DNA of 64,000 nt. Source: an uncultured Rhodanobacteraceae bacterium. GTDB taxonomy: Bacteria > Pseudomonadota > Gammaproteobacteria > Xanthomonadales > UBA2363. The stretch spans positions 1,511 to 65,510 of the forward strand of contig CAZYHP010000001.1 of NCBI GenBank assembly GCA_964647135.1, given 5' to 3'. Within the stretch, counting starts at the first letter, position 1, and each line of letters opens with the position of its first letter. Of the stretch, positions 61,801-64,000 are shown piece after piece. The notes below the pieces were generated by a model. The model saw only the letters and a list, made by a program, of their open reading frames with translations. It ran no database searches and was not told where the DNA came from. The translations under genes were made by a program, and so were the position numbers.

Positions 61801-62251
61801 CCGCCAGGACGAGGAAGTGATCGGCACGCTCAGTGAGCGCATGCGTTCCGGTTCCGGTGGCGAACACCGCGCACCGCTCTACGTGATCGCCGGCGCCGCG
61901 CTGGCCGCCGCCTACGGCAAGAGCGAGGCGCAACCGGGCGGTTTGGGCCTGATCCTGCTCGACGAGTTCGGCGACAAGATCGACGCCCAGAACGCGCGCG
62001 CGACCACCAACTACCTGCGTTCGCTGGGCCTGCAGCTGCTGCTGGCCGCGCCGGACACCGCACAGGGCACGCTCAGCGGTGTACTCGACAGCTACATCGA
62101 ACTGTTCCGCGACGGCGACCTGTTGCAGGTCGAACGCATCGAGGTCAAGGATCCCGCACGCGCGCTGCTGCTGTCGGACCAGTTCGACCTGCATCCCGAA
62201 CTCCTGGCCGAGGAAACCGCGCGCATCGAGCGCGAGCTGGGCTTGCAATGA
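58823..62251 (+). CDS. jetC: Wadjet JetC-like SMC-family ABC ATPase (MksB-like)
   Basis: 1142 aa. The alternative start ATG 58829 has a better-spaced AGGGGA Shine-Dalgarno. Walker A is APNGAGKS (58919-58939). About 900 aa of Arg/Glu/Leu/Ala-rich coiled-coil-type sequence follows, then an SGGE signature-like motif and Walker B LILLDEF (61949-61969). Confidence 0.85.
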   Translation: MTMQRLERVHLVQFFLFEAQTLELDRTSAVIAPNGAGKSALLDALQIVLLGGDRSRIRFNAQAGGSARARSIRDYCLGVYRSGDDGRKRRTATTYLSLVFRDEDSGVPLTAGIALAASVDEPEHRVHGLYLLPGVALELDDHLEQVNDRTLPLAWATFREQASRRCKAAGTTLELHSVAERFVKDLLFRLRATPTANPDVNAYRKAFLNALNLQRVDDVDLFVRDLVAENRPTDIARFRSLLESFRQIRDRIEQVRQRIEAAEGAEKQYERIAGQAVRAASYRALAAEYTRDLYGEQIETAEADVETAREMLARTRRELTEARSERERLRDELERGTAQLAGHGGYGEQARFEEVAGRDRERLTQIRGELLREIAAVSDRLGTLPALDGVDPAMLAEARRPWTQWYAALNREAADEPLPWLPEDFYEAARTALRAARPLVEQLESAARRLHAELEQARARAQAARANHGRLSAGQAELAPDVVRLMNYLRDEGIDARPVCDLVRVRDPAWQRAIEAYLRSNVEALLIPVEHEEKATRLYRSLRDGRAVYGVKLALSSHARGGRRDEPASGTVAALLEGLNDDALAFLRRQLGDLRCVDSDAELLRTRQGLSADGVLAKGGSIERLRLPAIGELKIGAADNRDRLRVLRQDMDRAEADIRRLEPLVRALDGHHRGLSRLAQGDELAQALHARVLEHHDVAQRLRSSRDTAAASADPDLLRLAEQVRELRGERDAAEQRVEALVGREAVADGRLTRLVEMLDALRAQEELIARKAVQAFADPDVDPNRVERQREDMDDRFATLEERRQHCESRADESDRRLAHLLPEAWSVLSQYARDHGLDLELETHDWRRARTLLRRELAQLRDTDLVRYQADADRAYDTAVETFRASVAATLNDNFVRLKSQIATLNRTLRASPAFSNNERYQFHYEVVPEFRELERFIRRAADVGSEDNLFGSAGEVPAAFRELIEDTVAARSTPSPLDDYRRFFRFEVQIRQDEEVIGTLSERMRSGSGGEHRAPLYVIAGAALAAAYGKSEAQPGGLGLILLDEFGDKIDAQNARATTNYLRSLGLQLLLAAPDTAQGTLSGVLDSYIELFRDGDLLQVERIEVKDPARALLLSDQFDLHPELLAEETARIERELGLQ

Positions 62252-63465
62252 GTCGGCCGCAAGCGCCGGATGACTCACCGGCATTGCGCTTCCTTGGGCG
62301 GCTGCTGGCGCGCGTCGACGCGGCCGCGATCCGACACGGCGGCGTCGTGGTCAGTGTTCCTATGTCGACGGCCAGCGCGCCGGAATACCACGCAGCGCGC
62401 ACCTTGGCGGAGCGCGAGGAATTCCATGCGGTAATCGCACTCGCCGAGCGCGCCGGTGCGGTAACCGTGTGCAGCGAGGGCCACCGGGACGATCCCGGAT
62501 TACTTCGGGTGACCGTGGCCGATACGCAGGCGCTGGCCTCGTTTCTGGGCAGGAAGACCCTGCGCCAACAGGTGGAAGCCGCCGGAACGGCGCTCGCCAG
62601 TGCAGCGTCCAGATTCCCCGTCATTGAAGTCGTGCTTTCACGGTGGGCGAAGGGAAAGACCGTGCGAGGCAGACGCACCGAGGCGGCCGTTGATCTTGCA
62701 GATGCCGCGCGGGTGGTTGATGCAGGTCTTCGCGAATGCGGGCCTGAACGCCTCCTCCGGCGCGAGAGCATCCGCCTGTTCGGCGACAGCAAACGAGTCG
62801 AGGCGTTGACGCCGTGGCTGGAAGTCCTGCTGACGGGCGAACTGGGTGCCACCGGCCTGGACGATGCCCAGATCTGGTCGGCATTGGGCTTGCGCAAGCA
62901 ACCGCAGCCCTTGCTCCTGGCGGGCGCGGCAACACTGGAACTGGTTGACGGACTTCACATCGATCTTGTTCGCCCCTACCTGGGCATCGCGCCCGAATCA
63001 CTGTGTGCCATCGACACGGCGGCACGGCACCTAATCAGCGTCGAAAACCTTGCCAGCTTCCACGACTTGGCGCTGTCCGCCGAGGAGCGCAGCGTCGTCA
63101 TCGCCTACACCGGCGGAATGCCATCGCCTGTGTGGCGGGAGGCCTACCGGCGTCTGCTCCAGAGCCTGTCTGACGACGCCCGGGTGCTGCATTGGGGTGA
63201 CATCGATGAGGGCGGCTACCGCATAGCGGCCGTGCTGGCCCAGACAGCGGCAACAGTCGGAAGGACACTCGAGCCGTGGCTGATGTCGCCCTCGGATCTC
63301 CCAGAGACGGTGCGCGCGGGTGCTTCAGTACCTTCAACCGCCACCCGGAACGCCATGCAACATTGGGCGCGTCGCGCCGGATGGGAAGATATCGCAGCAA
63401 CGCTGATCGAACAGTGTGTCGTATGCGAGCAGGAGGCCTTGCCGGCAATCTTTCCGGGAGAATGA
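62248..63465 (+). CDS. jetD: Wadjet JetD-like Toprim-domain nuclease subunit (MksG-like)
   Basis: 405 aa. It overlaps jetC by ATGA. The C-terminal half has ISVENLASF (Glu266, nt 63043-63045) and VLHWGDIDEGGYRI (Asp318/Asp320, nt 63199-63207). This is the E...DxD arrangement of Toprim/topo-VI-A-like JetD C-terminal domains. Confidence 0.8.
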   Translation: MSRPQAPDDSPALRFLGRLLARVDAAAIRHGGVVVSVPMSTASAPEYHAARTLAEREEFHAVIALAERAGAVTVCSEGHRDDPGLLRVTVADTQALASFLGRKTLRQQVEAAGTALASAASRFPVIEVVLSRWAKGKTVRGRRTEAAVDLADAARVVDAGLRECGPERLLRRESIRLFGDSKRVEALTPWLEVLLTGELGATGLDDAQIWSALGLRKQPQPLLLAGAATLELVDGLHIDLVRPYLGIAPESLCAIDTAARHLISVENLASFHDLALSAEERSVVIAYTGGMPSPVWREAYRRLLQSLSDDARVLHWGDIDEGGYRIAAVLAQTAATVGRTLEPWLMSPSDLPETVRAGASVPSTATRNAMQHWARRAGWEDIAATLIEQCVVCEQEALPAIFPGE

Positions 63466-63841
63466 CCGTCCACCGACCACGCCGCGAGGTATGGATGCCG
63501 CGGTAACGAGGGGCGCCGTTTGCGTGGCGCAAATTCGCAGGCGGACGGCAGTCTCGCCACAGCCGGCTTGAAAGATTCTTCCGCGACGCGTAAGCGATGA
63601 AGACGTAGCGCTTGCTTTGGTGGCCGCGTGTCGCGAGCACGACAATGCCAGCATGAGACCGGCTTCCCGTCGGCGGCGTCCGTCCTGGAACGTACTTCGG
63701 AGCGAGCCGTCGACGTCATGTTGCGGCAATAGAGCGCCGTCGACATTCCGCCCGGTCGCCCGTCATCGACGGCGCGGTGAACACGGAACCGTGCTCTCCG
63801 GACGCAAATCCAAACATTCAGAAGAGCGTCCTATCCTCTGC

Positions 63842-64000
63842 TCACGTCGTTCCACCTGTTAGACTGCGCGCACCGGCCACGGCGAGCGCCAGCCAGCCGA
63901 GGATGAAGGCGACCCCGCCGGTCGGGACGATATGGCGCAGGCCGCCAGCGCCGAGTGACGGCCACCACAGGTGCAGCACATAGATGCCGACCGAGAAGCA
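63842..64000 (-). CDS. DUF423 (YgdD-like) small membrane protein, C-terminal 52 codons; the gene continues past the window end
   Basis: Not in the ORF track because it runs off the edge. My translation is ...CFSVGIYVLHLWWPSLGAGGLRHIVPTGGVAFILGWLALAVAGARSLTGGTT*. The P-x-GG-V-x-F-x-x-GW-x-x-L ending matches my recollection of E. coli YgdD. GC3-rich. Confidence 0.6.
   Translation of the reverse strand, partial: CFSVGIYVLHLWWPSLGAGGLRHIVPTGGVAFILGWLALAVAGARSLTGGTT

Noticed and set aside
63466-63841. Several 60-180-aa ORFs in and around the 376-nt stretch after jetD (e.g. 63617..63862 +, 63334..63729 -, 63216..63746 -)
   Set aside because: They overlap each other or the jetD 3' end, have Arg/Ser/Cys-rich compositions and match no recognisable family. 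I treat the region as non-coding or a possible decayed remnant.

Overview
This window is a high-GC gammaproteobacterial chromosome segment (third codon positions are almost all G/C) covering the replication-origin neighbourhood. mnmE-yidC-rnpA-rpmH lie on the minus strand and diverge from dnaA-dnaN-recF-gyrB on the plus strand. A tonB-exbB-exbD-exbD(-exbD) block convergent with pdxJ follows, a synteny I recognise from Xanthomonadales/Lysobacterales. I can support about 58 protein-coding genes, two intrinsic terminators, one short tandem repeat and a candidate oriC element. I recognised no rRNA, tRNA, CRISPR array, transposase or integrase. Because of the GC content, the ORF track contains many long antisense 'shadow' ORFs and N-terminally over-extended ORFs. 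I trimmed or rejected these, and the track also uses TTG/GTG starts. The most notable element is a complete, translationally coupled four-gene operon at 56.75-63.47 kb with the architecture of a type I Wadjet (JetABCD / MksBEFG-like) SMC-plus-Toprim anti-plasmid system. It sits directly behind a housekeeping transporter gene with no mobility genes nearby. Other points of interest:
- an uncharacterised ATP-grasp plus 'inactive transglutaminase-7TM' cassette next to gyrB
- DnaA boxes and an AT-rich block in the dnaA-dnaN spacer rather than upstream of dnaA
- a third ExbD paralogue
- an unnamed W-[YW]-x-P...G-x-G module shared by two secreted proteins
- a small secreted protein with a C-terminal sorting-signal-like tail
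- an 8-bp tandem repeat in an unusually long intergenic region
All family assignments come from reading the translations and motifs. No database search was run.
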